64,000 bases of DNA from Octopus vulgaris (Eukaryota), in contig OX597822.1 in NCBI GenBank assembly GCA_951406725.2, positions 60,264,001-60,328,000 of the forward strand. The letters run 5' to 3'. The first letter of the stretch is position 1. Every line of letters begins with the position of its first letter. The notes beneath the pieces are model-generated. The model had not been told where the DNA came from and did not search any database. It worked only from the letters and a program-made list of their open reading frames with translations. The translations under genes and the position numbers were made by a program. This document shows positions 1 to 13,754 of the stretch, piece after piece.

Positions 1-1576
1 TTCCTCTTTCAGAGCTTCCTTGCAGCTGGCAAACTTCCAAGAAAACTGAAGGAAGGTAAAATATGCCCTATTCATAAAGGAGGTAGCAGAGCGGAGGCCA
101 AGAACTATAGACCTATCTCTCTGACCTCACACATCAGCAAGGTCATGGAACGAATAGTCAGAAGGAAACTGATCACCTTCCTTGAAGAAAATGACTTGCT
201 GCCTGACACCTAACATGGTTTCCGACCAGGGAGAAGCTGCTTAACTCAGCTCCTACAACACTATGGCTGGGTGCTGAAACGACTGCTCAACCACTCAAAT
301 GTGGAAGTGATATATCTCGACTTTGCAAAGGCCTTTGATAAAGTCGATCATGGAATGATATGTCACAAACTGCGTGATGTCAACATAGTTGGAAAACTGG
401 GAGAATGGCTTCATGACTTTCTGAAAGATAGAAGTCAGGTGGTAGTAGCCAATGGGGCCACTTCCATTAACACGCAAATAGTGAGCGGTGTTCCGCAGGG
501 CACTGTTTTGGGACCACTACTGTTCATAATGGCCCTCTCAGACATGCCCTCAGCCACGCAGAGAGCCACGATCACAAGTTATGCAGATGATACAAAAGTT
601 TCACAGGTAATACAGAACCCTGAGGACACTAAACGCCTGCAATGTGAGCTGGACAAAATATACAAGTGGGCTGAAAAGAATAGCATGCAGTTCAATGCTG
701 AAAAGTTTCAAGCTTTATACTATCAGCATGCAAAACTAAATGCAATACCCAATGAATACACTGGACCCGGAGGAATTGCAATCCCAGAGGCACAATCAGT
801 GCGTGACCTGGGTATTTACATGAGTGATGACGCAACCTTTCGTGTACATGTTGCTAAATTGGCAATGAAATGTAGACGACTGGCCGGATGGATTCTCAGA
901 ACCTTTAGAACAAGAGAACAAGAAACCATGATGGTCCTCTGGAGGACACTTGTCCTAAGCCACTTTGACTATTGCTCTCAGCTATGGTCACCATCCAGTG
1001 TCAAGTTGATCATAGAACTTGAGGCGATCCAACGTAGCTACACGAAGATAGCCTCTATGCAGAATATAAGCTACTGGGAAAGACTCAAGAGATTAAAACT
1101 CTATTCCTTGGAGCGTAGGCGAGAAAGATATGCCATAATATACATCTGGAAGATCCTGGAGGGACTTGTCCCAAACTTTGGCATCGAGAGTTACACAAAT
1201 GCCAGAACTGGGCGCCACTGCATGGTGCCTAGGACTCCAAATTTGCCATCAAGATGTAGGACAAGATACTGTGATAGCCTGGGCTTCCGAGGCCCACAGC
1301 TCTTCAATATCCTCCCGAAGAACCTAAGAGACCTGCATGGGGTGGATGCAGATGTCTTTAAAATGAAACTGGATCTCTTCCTGTCAGGTATCCCAGATGA
1401 ACCAACTTCACGGCAGGAGGTGCAGATGAGGGCAGCTGCATCGAACTCTCTCATGCACCAAATGGCAGTTGCTAAAAAGCATTCGTGAAGTAAAACCATG
1501 TAGCAACACCAAATGGCGGTGCCCCAGCATGGCCACAGCTCATGAGCTGAAACTAGAATCAATCAATCAATCAATC
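1..1576 (+). mobile_element. CR1-group non-LTR retrotransposon (LINE), 3' part: RT domain, C-terminus, short 3' UTR and (AATC)n tail; continues beyond window start
   Basis: Frame 1 reads NYRPISLTS...YLDFAKAFDKVDH...SGVPQGTVLGPLLF...YADDTK...RDLGI to a stop at 1488. One in-frame TAA at 211-213 replaces the Q of QHGF. Tail GGCGGTGCCCCAGCATGGCC...CTGAAAC is followed by (AATC)n at about 1557-1576. Confidence 0.93.
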
Positions 1577-1591
1577 ATATAAAACTGAGCA

Positions 1592-1622
<31 letters not shown>

Positions 1623-1866
1623 GTTCATCACTAACTCGAGAATTACCCAACCGATTTCATTCAAATTTTACGTAAACCTTACTTAGGGTCCATGCAGTGT
1701 CATCGGCTAAAAACATTTTCATCTTCTTGCTTCTGTCCGGAGCAATTTGTTATCTCTTACAATGTTTCAGTTTTACGAGTCAAAAGTGAAACAATAACAT
1801 CACTATTAATATTTTGACTATTATATGGTTTCAATTTCAATTACTTTCATTATGTATCTGTATATA

Positions 1867-1902
<36 letters not shown>

Positions 1903-2790
1903 TGTATGTATGTATGTATGTATGTATGCATGCATGCATGTATGTATGTATGTATGTATGTATGTATGTATGTATGTATGTATGTATGTATGTATGTATG
2001 TATGTATGCATGCATGTATTATGTATATATTTATATCTTTGCATATATATATGTGTATGCATATATGTGTGTGTGTGTGTGTGTGTATACATATATATAT
2101 ATATATATATATAAATGTTTTTATTTCTCCTTTAGTTTCAGAATTACTACTATTTTGCGGTTTGAGTTTAGCTGCTCTTTTCAAGTGAGTTGAATGGCCT
2201 GTCAGGGTCATTCCTTAATACTATTGTTATATATATATATATACTCTGCTCTCAGCTATGGTCACCTTATGCTACAAGGATGATAGCAGAGCTTGAAGCA
2301 GTCCAACGACATTACACAAAGAAAATTGCATCAACGACTGAGCTACTGGGACAGATTGAAAGAGCTACGACTCTATTCATTAGAACGAAGGCGGGGGAGG
2401 TATGCAGTGATATAGATATGGAAGATGCTGGAAGGACTGGTGCCAAACTTTGGAATAAAGAGCTATACCACATCACAAATAGGACGTCACTGTGCTGTCC
2501 CCACTGTGCCGACTGCTTCTTCTCGGGCAAGGACGATGTACTGCAATAGCTTAGGTTTCAGGGGCCCACAGCTGTTTAACTGTCAGCCGAAGCTTCTGAG
2601 AAGCGTCCTTGGAGTGGATGTAGACGTTTTCAAACGTGAAGTTAACCTCTGGCTCATCGAGATCCTGTATGAGCCAATATCTATCAGGAGACTCAAAAGA
2701 GGGCAGTAACATCGAACTCCATCCTTCACCAAATGGATGGAGTTCGATGTTACTGCCCTCTTTTGAGTTTTTATACACCCCACCACACAA

Positions 2791-2827
<37 letters not shown>

Positions 2828-2930
2828 GTATATATATATGTATGTATAGTTATGCGTATATATATATGTAGGTATATGTATATATATGTATATATATATA
2901 TATGTATGTACATATGAGTATATATATGTA

Positions 2931-2978
<48 letters not shown>

Positions 2979-3301
2979 CATACATACATACATACATGTA
3001 TATGTGTGTAGGAAGACTGTGATATATAAGTGTATATTTGTGTGTGTGTGTGTTTATCTGTGTTTGTATTCACATTTGCTTGACAACCGATATTACTGTG
3101 TTTACGTTACCATAACTTAGCGGTTTGGCTAAAGACACTGATAGAATAAGCACTAGGCTTGCAAAGAATAAAACCTGTGGTCGATTTTTTCGACCAAAGC
3201 AGTGCTCCAGTATAGCCGCAATCACAGGACTGAAACAAGTAAAACAATAAAAAAATCACTATGCCGTTTTAATCCCTAGCAAGGCCGGGTATATCTTCTA
3301 G
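1577..3301 (+). mobile_element. Possible non-autonomous Helitron-like element, heavily interrupted by microsatellites, a LINE fragment and a SINE fragment
   Basis: 5' ATATAAAA, (GTCT)n and AACCGATTT...AAATTT motifs at 1577-1670; 3' CCCTAGCAAGGCCGGG...CTAG at 3273-3301. Same end architecture as 61799-62139. Pairing these two ends as one element is inferred. Confidence 0.4.
2243..2733 (+). mobile_element. 5'-truncated, decayed copy of a related CR1-group LINE (C-terminal region)
   Basis: CSQLWSP...ELEAVQR and LEGLVPNFGI...[14 protein letters not shown] align with the 271-1488 protein; frameshifted. Confidence 0.9.
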
Positions 3302-3640
3302 AATACACATATACATATATACTCTAGCAATAATACCCGTCTTTAGTGGGGTAATTACTTTTACTGTTTCTCGGACCGAGAAGCTAGGAACATGGGTATA
3401 TCATATAGAAGAAAAACGTTACGGAATCCGATTGACTGCGATGGCACTGAAAGAGCATTGGACGTCGTGCGTTTGTTTGGTGTTCACTTTTCAACGGTCT
3501 CTTTTTAGCAGACATTTTTTTGATTAGGAATATCTGTAAGTAATAGTGAAATGAAATTACAAATACTGTGTCCTGTCAGTGTTAGAGCTGAAATTCCGAT
3601 ACTATATTACAGGAATGGAAGACAAAGAAACAGTAAGTAA

Positions 3641-3842
3641 TACTCTTTACTCTTTTACTTGTTTCAGTCATTTTGACTGCGGCCATGCTGGAGCACCGCC
3701 TTTAGTCGATCAAATCGACCCCGGGACTTATTCTTTGTAAGCTTAGTACTTATTCTATCGGTCTACTTTGCCGAACCGCTAAGTGACGTAAACACACTAG
3801 CATCGGTTGTCAAGCAATGCTAGGGGGACAAACACAGACACA

Positions 3843-3916
<74 letters not shown>

Positions 3917-4096
3917 AATATATACATATATACGACAGGCTTCTTTCAGTTTCCGTCTACCAAATCCACTCACAAGGCATTGGTCGGCCCGGGGCTATAG
4001 CAGAAGACACTTGCCCAAGATGCCACGCAGTGGGACTGAACCCGGAGCCATGTGGTTGGTTAGCAAGCTACTTACCACACAGCTACTCCTGCGCCT
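3641..4096 (-). mobile_element. SINE family A (tRNA-like head, CORE-like segment, internal (TA)n(TG)n, LINE-type 3' tail), full length
   Basis: Reverse complement of the 29608-29997 copy: head GGCGCAGGAGTAGCTGTGTGG, CTTGGGCAAGTGTCTT, tail GGCGGTGCTCCAGCATGGCCGCAGTC...GACTGAAACAAGTAAAAGAG. Confidence 0.9.
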
Positions 4097-4256
4097 ATGA
4101 AATTACAAATGCTGTGTCCTGTCAGTCAGATTTGGGTTTACTCGTCCTTCACCAAAAGCTAGTCCGACAAAGGTGGAGAGTGGAAAGATGATCCCAATGG
4201 CGGTGCTTCAGCATGGCCGCAGTCACTGGACAGAAACATATAAAGGAATAAAAGAA

Positions 4257-4323
<67 letters not shown>

Positions 4324-4344
4324 GTATGTATGTATGTATGTATG

Positions 4345-4403
<59 letters not shown>

Positions 4404-4426
4404 ACATACATATATATGTATATATC

Positions 4427-4457
<31 letters not shown>

Positions 4458-6119
4458 ATGTATATTTATGCATATTCCAGTATGGCCGCAATCACATGAC
4501 TGAAACAAGTAAAACAATAAAAAGATCTATGCCGTTTTAATCCCTAGCGTATTATACACGAGAAAAACATGTAATAATTGAAGTAGAGAAAAAGATGGAT
4601 TTCACGTACGAACTTTTGTTTGTTCATGAAGTTGCAATCCAGCAACTTTTAGTGTTTGGCCCCGACTTTTATTAATGCTCATATCAGAACCGAGAAGCTA
4701 GAAAAATAGCTTCACGGAATCCAATGACTGCGATGGCACTGAAAAGGCTACAGGTCAAGCGGAACATCCATTTGTCACTGTTCCTTTTAACGTTTTAAAA
4801 GGCGGTATATCGTGAATGAAGCTAGAAGAATAGCTATATCATATAGAATACCTTTAGGGAATCCGGCACTGAGAAGGTCACAGTTGAAGTGGAAGACTCA
4901 TTTGTCATGATTTCTTTTGACATTTGAATAGGTTGTATGCCCTAGGAAAATTGAAAGATTCAGTTTCGAATCTGAACGAGGGTGAGACTACGACTACAGA
5001 TTTAGATTTGCGCGTGTCTCATCCTCGTTTTCTATGCACGTCGTGCGTTTGTTTGGTGATCGTTTTTTGACGGTCTTTTTCCAGGAGTAATTTTTTTTGA
5101 TTAGGAATATCAGTAAGTAAAAGTGAAATGAAATTACAAATGCTGTGTCCTTTCAATGTTAATGCTGAAATTCCGACGCTATATTACAGGAATGGAAGAC
5201 AAGGCAACAGTAATAGTCCAAAGAGATTACAAGTACTGTGTCCTGTCAGTCAGATTTAGGTTTACTCGTCCTGTATGTGTGTATTATATAAGAGAAAAAA
5301 TGTAATAATTGAAGTAGAAAAACGATGGATTTCATATACGAACTTCTGTTTGTTCTTCAAGTTGCAATCGAGCAACTTTTAGTGTTTGGCCCTGACTTTT
5401 ATTAATGCTCATGACAAAAAAAGTGGGATAGAAAACTGTGAGGGCTTAAATTTGAATGGAACATTAGATGGTATTACTGGTATGCGAGGAACGAAGACGG
5501 TGTCACGTTTACCACAACCAGTGAGAATCGTTGCTCCAATGAAGTTCGTCATAGGCTTGTGCACAAATAGTTTCGCATCCTTTGAACCATTTACTTTCAC
5601 TTTATGGGACAAACAAACACACAAACCAACAGAATCTCTCTTTTATATCTGTCTATCTACCTATCTATCTATCCATCTATTACATACATATATATGTATG
5701 TATATGTGTGTATGCATGCATTTATGTAAACATATATGTATATGTGTGTGTAATTATATATATATATATATATATATGGTTGTGTATATATATATATATG
5801 GTTGTGTATGTATATATGTATGCATATTTGTATGCATATTTGTATATATACATATATGAAAACATGTGTGTGTGTGTGCGTGCATGCGCGCGTGTGTGTG
5901 TGTGTTTATACACCGTGAAATATTTAAAATAATTTCAAGGATAGATATAGAAATTTGATGTCACCGTTATTAGTTTACCATAAACATCCGGCTATTTATA
6001 TTTCTCATACATAGTGTGAAAAAGGAACATTAAACTGACGCCACTGTCCTAATTTCATTTCTTATTATTATATACATACATACATAATACATACATACAT
6101 ACATACATACATACATACA

Positions 6120-6215
<96 letters not shown>

Positions 6216-6216
<1 letters not shown>

Positions 6217-7504
6217 GAGGGGCATTCAATAAGTAATGCCCCTGACCCACTTCCCATAGCAGTAGAGCAACGACACTTGGCACAGTTATTAGTCTTCTTT
6301 TACATAGGAACCACCCAGAGTTACGCATTTCTCCCAACGTTTGATGCAGCTCTAGAGACCGTTTTTGTAGAAGACCCCAGCTTGGTCCTCCAACCACGAC
6401 CTGACTTCAGAAATCAAGGCTGCATCATCTGGGAAACGCTTTCTTTTTAAAAACAACTTCATGGGTGGGGAGAGGTGAAAATCCGAGGGTGCAAGGTCAG
6501 GAGAGAAGAGGGTTGGGGGAGGAGTTCATAGCCGCACGCCTGTGCTTCTGATCTGGCGACCATCGAGTTGTGGACCGGAGCGTTGTCCTGCAGGAGGAGA
6601 ATGCCTTTGCTGATCTTGCCCCGCCTCTTGATTTTGATAGCTTCTCTTAATTTCCTCAAAAGTGAAGCATAATAGGCTCCTGTAATTGTGGTACACTTTG
6701 CCAGGAAATCTGTCATCACTACTCCGTCCTGGTCCCAGAAGACTGTGAGCATGACCTTTCCAGCGGAGGGCTGCACCCTTGCCTTCTTTGGAGGAGGTGA
6801 GTCACGGTGTTTCCACTGCATTGACTGGGCTTTGGTCTCAGGATCATGGCGATGGACCCAGGTTTCATCCTGTGTAATCAGTCTTTTGAAAAATTTTGAC
6901 TCATCTTCATGGCACATCTCCAAATTCATCTTCGAGCACTCGACGCGTTCTTGCTTCTGGAAAGGTGTGAGCAATTGGGAATCCATCTAGCAGACACCTT
7001 TTGCATATGCAAATAGTCATGAATGATAGTTTCCACAGACCTGGTACTAATCTTGACCTCATGGGCTATTTGGCGAATAGTTATGCGTCGATCTTCCAAA
7101 ATGGCAGCCTCAACTTGACGGACAGATGCCTCATCAATGGCAGAAGGAGGGTGACCAGATCTGGGGGCTGTTTCCACAGAGTTCCGACCATGTTTGAATT
7201 CACGATGCCAGCGTTTTACAAGGTCATATGATGGGCATCATTGCCATAAGTTACTTTCATTTCATCAAAAGTCTCCCGTGGTGTGCGTCCTTTCAAATAC
7301 AAAACCCGGATCACTGCTCGACACTCAACAGGCTCCATTTCACACTTGACTCAGTTCAAACACCTGTAAATCAGAAACCACAATTAGTTTAGAGGTGTAA
7401 TTTGCCACGTAATCTATAGAGATATAAATAATTGCATATGCAAAATTTCAGCAAGATCAAACAACTACAAATGGGTCAGGGGCATTACTTACTGAACGTC
7501 CTTC

Positions 7505-7505
<1 letters not shown>
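6216..7505 (-). mobile_element. Full-length mariner DNA transposon (about 1.29 kb) inserted in (TA)n
   Basis: Imperfect TIRs CGAGGGGCATTCAATAAGTAATGCCCCTGACCCA and TGGGTCAGGGGCATTACTTACTGAACGTCCTTCG, with TA on both sides. Confidence 0.95.
6289..7338 (-). pseudogene. Frameshifted mariner transposase
   Basis: MEPVECRAVI...APRSGHP...KVSARWIP, then ITQDETWVH...KVMLTVFWD...LLQDNAPVH, a disrupted YSPDL-type motif, and KRWEKCV near the end; split over several frames. Confidence 0.92.
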
Positions 7506-7544
<39 letters not shown>

Positions 7545-7548
<4 letters not shown>

Positions 7549-7834
7549 ATCCCTCGACTATCGCGGGTGTTACGTTCTGAAACTCAGTGTGATAGGTGAA
7601 AATACACTCTTTATTCTCTTTACTCTTTTCTTTTACTTGTTTCAGTCATTTCACTGTGGCCATGCTTCAGCACCGTCGTTAGTCGAGCAAATCGACCCCA
7701 GAACCTATTATTTGGATGCCTAGTACTTATTCTAACGGTCTCTTTTGCCGAACCGCTAAGTTACGGTGATGTAAACACACCACCATCGGTTGTCAAGTGA
7801 TGTTGGAGAGATAAACACAGACACACAAACATAT

Positions 7835-7891
<57 letters not shown>

Positions 7892-8503
7892 CATACATAC
7901 ACATATATATACGACGGACTTCTCTCAGTTTCCGTCTACCAAATCCACTCACAAGGCTTTGGTCGGCCGGCGGCTATAGCGGAAGACACTTGCCCAAGGT
8001 GCCACGCAGTGGGACTGAACCCAGAACCATGTGGTTCGTAAGCAAGCTACTTACCACACAGCCACTCCTGCGCCTAAGTAGAAACAGTACTGGACTGTAT
8101 ATTTTTATAATTATTTTTTATAATTTGCATATATTTATTTTATCATAAATGCAAAACGACACCAAACACTCACCTTTCGAGTTTCATTTTCCATGCTGTA
8201 TGTGTGATTATTTGCTTACTCATCTACGGTACACTACATATTTTCATTTAATATATTTTAAATAATGTGTTATTATACAATACAGTACTGTATTTTTATC
8301 TATCAATTTATTGATTTTTAGGCGTGAAAATGTTTATTTTACCACAGAAATAATTAAAATCTAAAAAAATATGAATACCTATCGGCCGCAGAAACCTGCG
8401 ATATACTGAGGAGTCCGCGATATAAATTTGATTATATTAGCCAGAAAATCCCCGATGTGCTGAGGGCACGATAGGTGAACCGCGGTATGGCGAGTGATTA
8501 CAC
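7545..8503. mobile_element. Tigger/pogo-like non-autonomous DNA transposon interrupted by a family A SINE
   Basis: Imperfect TIRs AGTAATCCCTCGACTATCGCGG and CCGCGGTATGGCGAGTGATTAC; subterminal GATAGGTGAA near both ends; AT-rich interior. Confidence 0.65.
7606..8075 (-). mobile_element. SINE family A, full length, nested in the Tigger-like element
   Basis: Same head, body and tail as 3641-4096. Confidence 0.9.
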
Positions 8504-8909
8504 TCTATATATACAAAATTAAGAAATGGAGAAAGATAAAATTCAGGATATATATGTTTCATAGTTAGCGGAACCTCGGAAGAGGTAATTATCCAAACGA
8601 GGGGTTAGACCGCAAGATACTCTTCAGGTGAAGGATAGCTTGATTATATGAAGTTTACATTGTCGATACATTTCGATCGAATCCCCTACCAGTTAACACG
8701 TCATCTCCTAACAACAATGTAAGCTTTATCTCATCAAGATATCCTTGGCCTGCAGAATAGCTTGAGGTCTACCCCTCGTTTGGATAATTACTTCTTTCGC
8801 GGTAGCCTGGATTTTTATCCCCTGTAAAGTCATTGGAGTCTAAGTCTCAATCCTTTGAGCACTGCTAAGTACCTTCTATAACTGAGAATCTCTTGATCTC
8901 ATCTGTTGA

Positions 8910-9037
<128 letters not shown>

Positions 9038-9186
9038 ATCTCTCTCTCTTATATATATATTTCATAGTTAGCGGAACCTCGGAACAGGTAATTATCCAAA
9101 CGAGGGGTTAGACCGCAAGCTACTCTTCAGGTGAAGGATAGCTAATTAATTATTGATGTGGCAACATTTGAAATTTTGTCTAAGTA

Positions 9187-9262
9187 AATGCAGCTGATGA
9201 AGACTAATCAAATTTACGTCGTTGTCAAACGTATTTGAAGAGTTAGAAACCGGTCCTGCATT
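9187..9262 (+). ncRNA. Type I hammerhead ribozyme motif with extended stem II
   Basis: Stem I AATGCAG/CTGCATT; core CTGATGA 9194-9200; stem II GACT..TCAAAT..TACGT/ACGTATTTGA..AGTT; GAAA 9246-9249; palindromic ACCGGT; predicted GUC cleavage after 9255. Confidence 0.8.
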
Positions 9263-9830
9263 ATCCGATTCTAGGTTGTCCATTTATCGAATGTTCTTCC
9301 TAGAGGTAAGACAAATTTTTTTCATGTTTGTTGTATACACACGTCTTTGCTAGTATATACGCAGTGAAGCTATACAATAGCGTCGTATTTATATCGATTG
9401 CTATTTTCCAGTAAAAATTGGTGCCTTGTACCATTTATCTACTTTATATATATATATATATATACTCTTTATCTTATATTAAACTTTTAATACTTTTTGA
9501 TAGTTTAAAAAATAAAATAAATAAATATAAAATAAATAAATATAAAATATTAAAAAAATTAATAAAATAAAATTAAAAATATATAAATAAAAAAAAATAA
9601 TAATTAAATAAAATGATAATAAAAATATATATATATTTATAATTTATAAGTTTAAATTATTAATTTAAGTAATTTTTTAAAAATTCTAACTTTAATTTAA
9701 ATATTTTAATTGGATTTTTATATTTTATATTTTATATTTTTTATATATTTTTTAATTAATTGTATTTCTATGTATTGGCTTATGATTTTCACTGTTTGAT
9801 TTGCCTAATAGTGGTTTTATCTCTAGTTTA

Positions 9831-9926
<96 letters not shown>

Positions 9927-9939
9927 CGTATGTATATAT

Positions 9940-10016
<77 letters not shown>

Positions 10017-12159
10017 CACACATACACATAACCACATATAGATGCCAACGTCATAATAATTTTGAAGATTTCGGGAGAAGTGATATAGTTCTTCTTTTGT
10101 TGCATGTACTATAATTTTTCTTAGCAACAGTAACTAGAAATTACACTCAAATCTTTCTTTTTAGTTAGAAATCTGGATTCTATTTAATAAGTTTAGTTTT
10201 CACTTCAGTGTTTATAATATCTAAGTAATACTCTGACTCGTTCAAGTAAGCTTATCTATGAGAAAAATAATAATTAAAAGCAATAATTATAGGACGAGTT
10301 TAATACATCGAAATGGAGAAACAGGAAGTATTGAGCATTATCTAGCATCTTATAAAAAGAAAGTAAGCTTTTCTATTAATTATTGTTACTTTTAAATTTG
10401 ATAATAGTGATTTTCTTTACGTAAAGCGCATTGGATATCAGAAATATTCCGAGAATTGGATCAACCTTAAACGCTCAGGCGTTCATGACAGCTGAAGGCA
10501 GTATAGAAATACAATAACAAAACAAGTAGAGAATCACTGAATCGGAAATGATAATGCATTTAATTTAATGTTTATTGGATCTAGGTAGCGTTCTGAATAT
10601 TAAATCAACCTTAAATAGCCAATCATTGAAAATGGTATAGTACTATACCAATAAAACATTTACTGATCCCTGAAAAAGTGGGAGCTATAACATTTGCTAC
10701 TCGTGTTTCTAGGTTAATCTGGCTCAGTGTTCCTTACAGAATTCATAAAAATAAATTACTAGACGACTTGTTGGATATAATTGGCTATACTTTCTACAAA
10801 ATTTGAGGTATTGTATGTATATTAGAAACAACGATTAAACGAGTGAGGTTGGCCAGTTGACGGAACCGTTGAAACGTCGGACAAAATACGTTGCAGTTGT
10901 GGGACCTTGCTTGAGCCTACTGAGATTCGAAACTGAATCCGTAAATTCTCCCTAGCCATACGACCTATTGTTCTGTCAAGGATAAATGCTGATATATGTG
11001 TTTTCCATTTGACTCTTCACCTTTTCTATCCCAGGAAAAGTTGAAATTGATAAGGAGTGTCCTACATTAATTTAACCATTGTCAGAATGGTACATCCACC
11101 TTTCTAGCTAGTCTGCATAGTTATAAATACCCGCATTCTCCAAGGAAAAATCAGTTAGTGAGGGCGATGAACAGGGGTTAGGCTAACCGGCTCGAACGAA
11201 ACACCACCTCGACTCTGAAGAAACGTCATAGAAGGACAACTATGGAATCAACCTGGATACAGCGGCCTTATCCATCACTCTCTTAGCCCTTCTTACAAAT
11301 TCACTTTCGTCTCGACAACATCACTCTGTCTCTCTCTCCATCTACTGCGCAAATGACTCGGGATGCATAAGTCTTATGCTATCCACTTGTTAAACTTTCA
11401 TTCACTCTATCTTCCTCTGAACCTTATTTTAGCATCAAGTAGTTAAACACGAAAACAGCAACAATTATACAGGAAAATCTCGCTCTCGTTAATTCGTATG
11501 CTTTCTGTCTGTTTTTATACACACCAGCCCGTTGTGGTTTGGCTTTAATTATATGTAAAGGAGAAATAAAATATATTAACCACAACTTCGGCCACTGTCT
11601 TTCTTTCCTGGAGTCAGCACCAACATCATTTATTTTTCAATCTATAGCATAACCATTACCGTTACACAGTATTCAGTTATGAGTCTTCTGAGTTTAAAAT
11701 CCCACCAAGGTCAAAATTTTATCCCTGTCTTCGTCCATGAAATAATGAGCCAGTCAATCATTGTAGTTCGATTACATCAACTGTAACCTCCTCCTCCTAA
11801 ATTTCTGGCCTTGTGCCTATGTTAGGAAGGCACTGATTCCCTAAATGTCGCTGGCGGCGAGATAAGTCGCTGCTATCTCTAGCAGTCAAGCATCTATCAT
11901 TGTTGAGACCAAGGAAGTATGAAATCATGTGATCTGGTGGTCTCGGTGCTGGAATTGGTAAGGATTTATCTCTCTGCTAGCTATTTAAACAAGCGTACCT
12001 TTTACACTTAAAGCCTATATAAGAGTTTCTCTCATGGTATCTAAGGCACAAAAGCTTGTTCTAACAGAACATTCACGTTTAAGTGAGGATATCAAACGGA
12101 TGAGTGAAAATAGTCAATAAACACAATGCCTTTGCATCCCGCCAAAATGAAGCCAATAC

Positions 12160-12898
12160 CTTGCCTACAGATGAAGCGATCTTTGCTTTCTTTGGAGAAG
12201 GTGGGGTGGAATGTTTCCACTGCATGGATTGTCTCTTTGTTTCTGGTTCAAAGTGATGAACCCGACATTCATCCTGGGTTTAGAAGCGTTCAAGGAAATC
12301 AGCTGGATCTATTTCAAACAACGTCAGATTTTCCCGTGATGTGATCAGCTTGGTGCGCTTTTAATCAGGTGTCAGATGACGTGGAACCAACTGAGCAGAA
12401 ACGTTCGTTGTGCCAAGTTCTTTGATTAGAATATTCTCAACACTCTCACGGGATATGCTACTAGCATTGGTTACTTCATTTATAGTCAATCACCTGTCAT
12501 CCATTCACCATGTGGTGAACACAATCAATGTTTTCATCGGTGGTGGCAGTTGCGGGACGTCTAGACCTTGGGTCATCATCAAGATTCTCCTTTCCTCTTC
12601 TAAATTCAGCTGCCGACTTTTGCACTGTCGATAAAGCTTGAGCGTCATCCCTTAATTAGGCAAGCATGTCAGCATAAATGTTGTTGAGGGCTAAACCCTT
12701 TTTCTGCAGGTACTCGATAACCACATGATGGCAAATTTTGTCAATTTCGAAGTCTTCTTTAAACAGTCAGGTGTTAGTTTACCTGGAAAGAAACAACGCA
12801 TATATTAATAAGTAGAATTGAAATTAATGCTTGCAAGATTTCACAGCTCTAGTATTATTTCTTCATAGTCGGCCTATGGACTTTTCAGCCTACACTCG
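12160..12898 (-). mobile_element. Decayed 5' half of a second mariner family
   Basis: Terminus on minus strand TA-CGAGTGTAGGCTGAAAAGTCCATAGG; minus-strand remnants of RSARWVP-like and DECRVHHFEPETKRQSMQWKH transposase motifs. Confidence 0.75.
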
Positions 12899-13644
12899 TA
12901 CATGTTGTATCCATTCTCATTGCCACACACTTTGATGTCACGCACAGATTCTGTGGTTTGAGAGTTACGTTAAAGATGCAAGTGTATAAAGAATACTGGG
13001 CATCTTTATAATTCAATGAATAACCAGGCAGTTCCATAGACAGAGCACCCGGAACTCTCAGAGATTCGAAAACAAAGGAAGATCCACCAATAACACGATT
13101 AACTTTATGTTACATAGTTTGGCAACTTTGTGTTCTCTCCTGCAAACGTCAACTGTTTTTTACACACCACAGGTTGGTAAAATAGACATTAAACTTATTA
13201 AGACAATCAACTTTCCATCTGGTCCTCAACAAAATGGCTGCATCAAGTTAAGAGTTTTGTTCAGATTTAGTGCGGCTTTCAGGTATTTTCAGATATTATA
13301 ATATTAATGCCTTTAGGAAACGGATACACATCACAACATTTAAAGGAATTTACGTTACTAATGAACTTCCGAAATGTGAAGTGAATGAACGTCATATAAT
13401 TTCGTTTCTGTATCTCTAATAAGTCGGTGGCGTTATAATTAATTTTTCGTGTTTAGTTTTTGAGTATGCTTTATCCATGTCATGCTGGAGTACCGCCTTC
13501 AAATATATAAGAAATCGATATTCTGTTGTCCAGTGGTTTCAATTGTCAGTTGGATCATTCCACTTTGATATCTTTTACAAAGTTATGAGCATTTCACACT
13601 CTCATTACCTCATTCTCTCTTTTTAAACTCGGAGACGTGTGTGT

Positions 13645-13740
<96 letters not shown>

Positions 13741-13754
13741 ATGTGTGTGTGTTA

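Noticed and set aside
9470-9760. Extremely AT-rich tract as an organellar insertion or origin
   Set aside because: No recognisable mitochondrial gene or tRNA; it adjoins a repeat stub also seen at 24040-24230, so it is likely low-complexity element interior.
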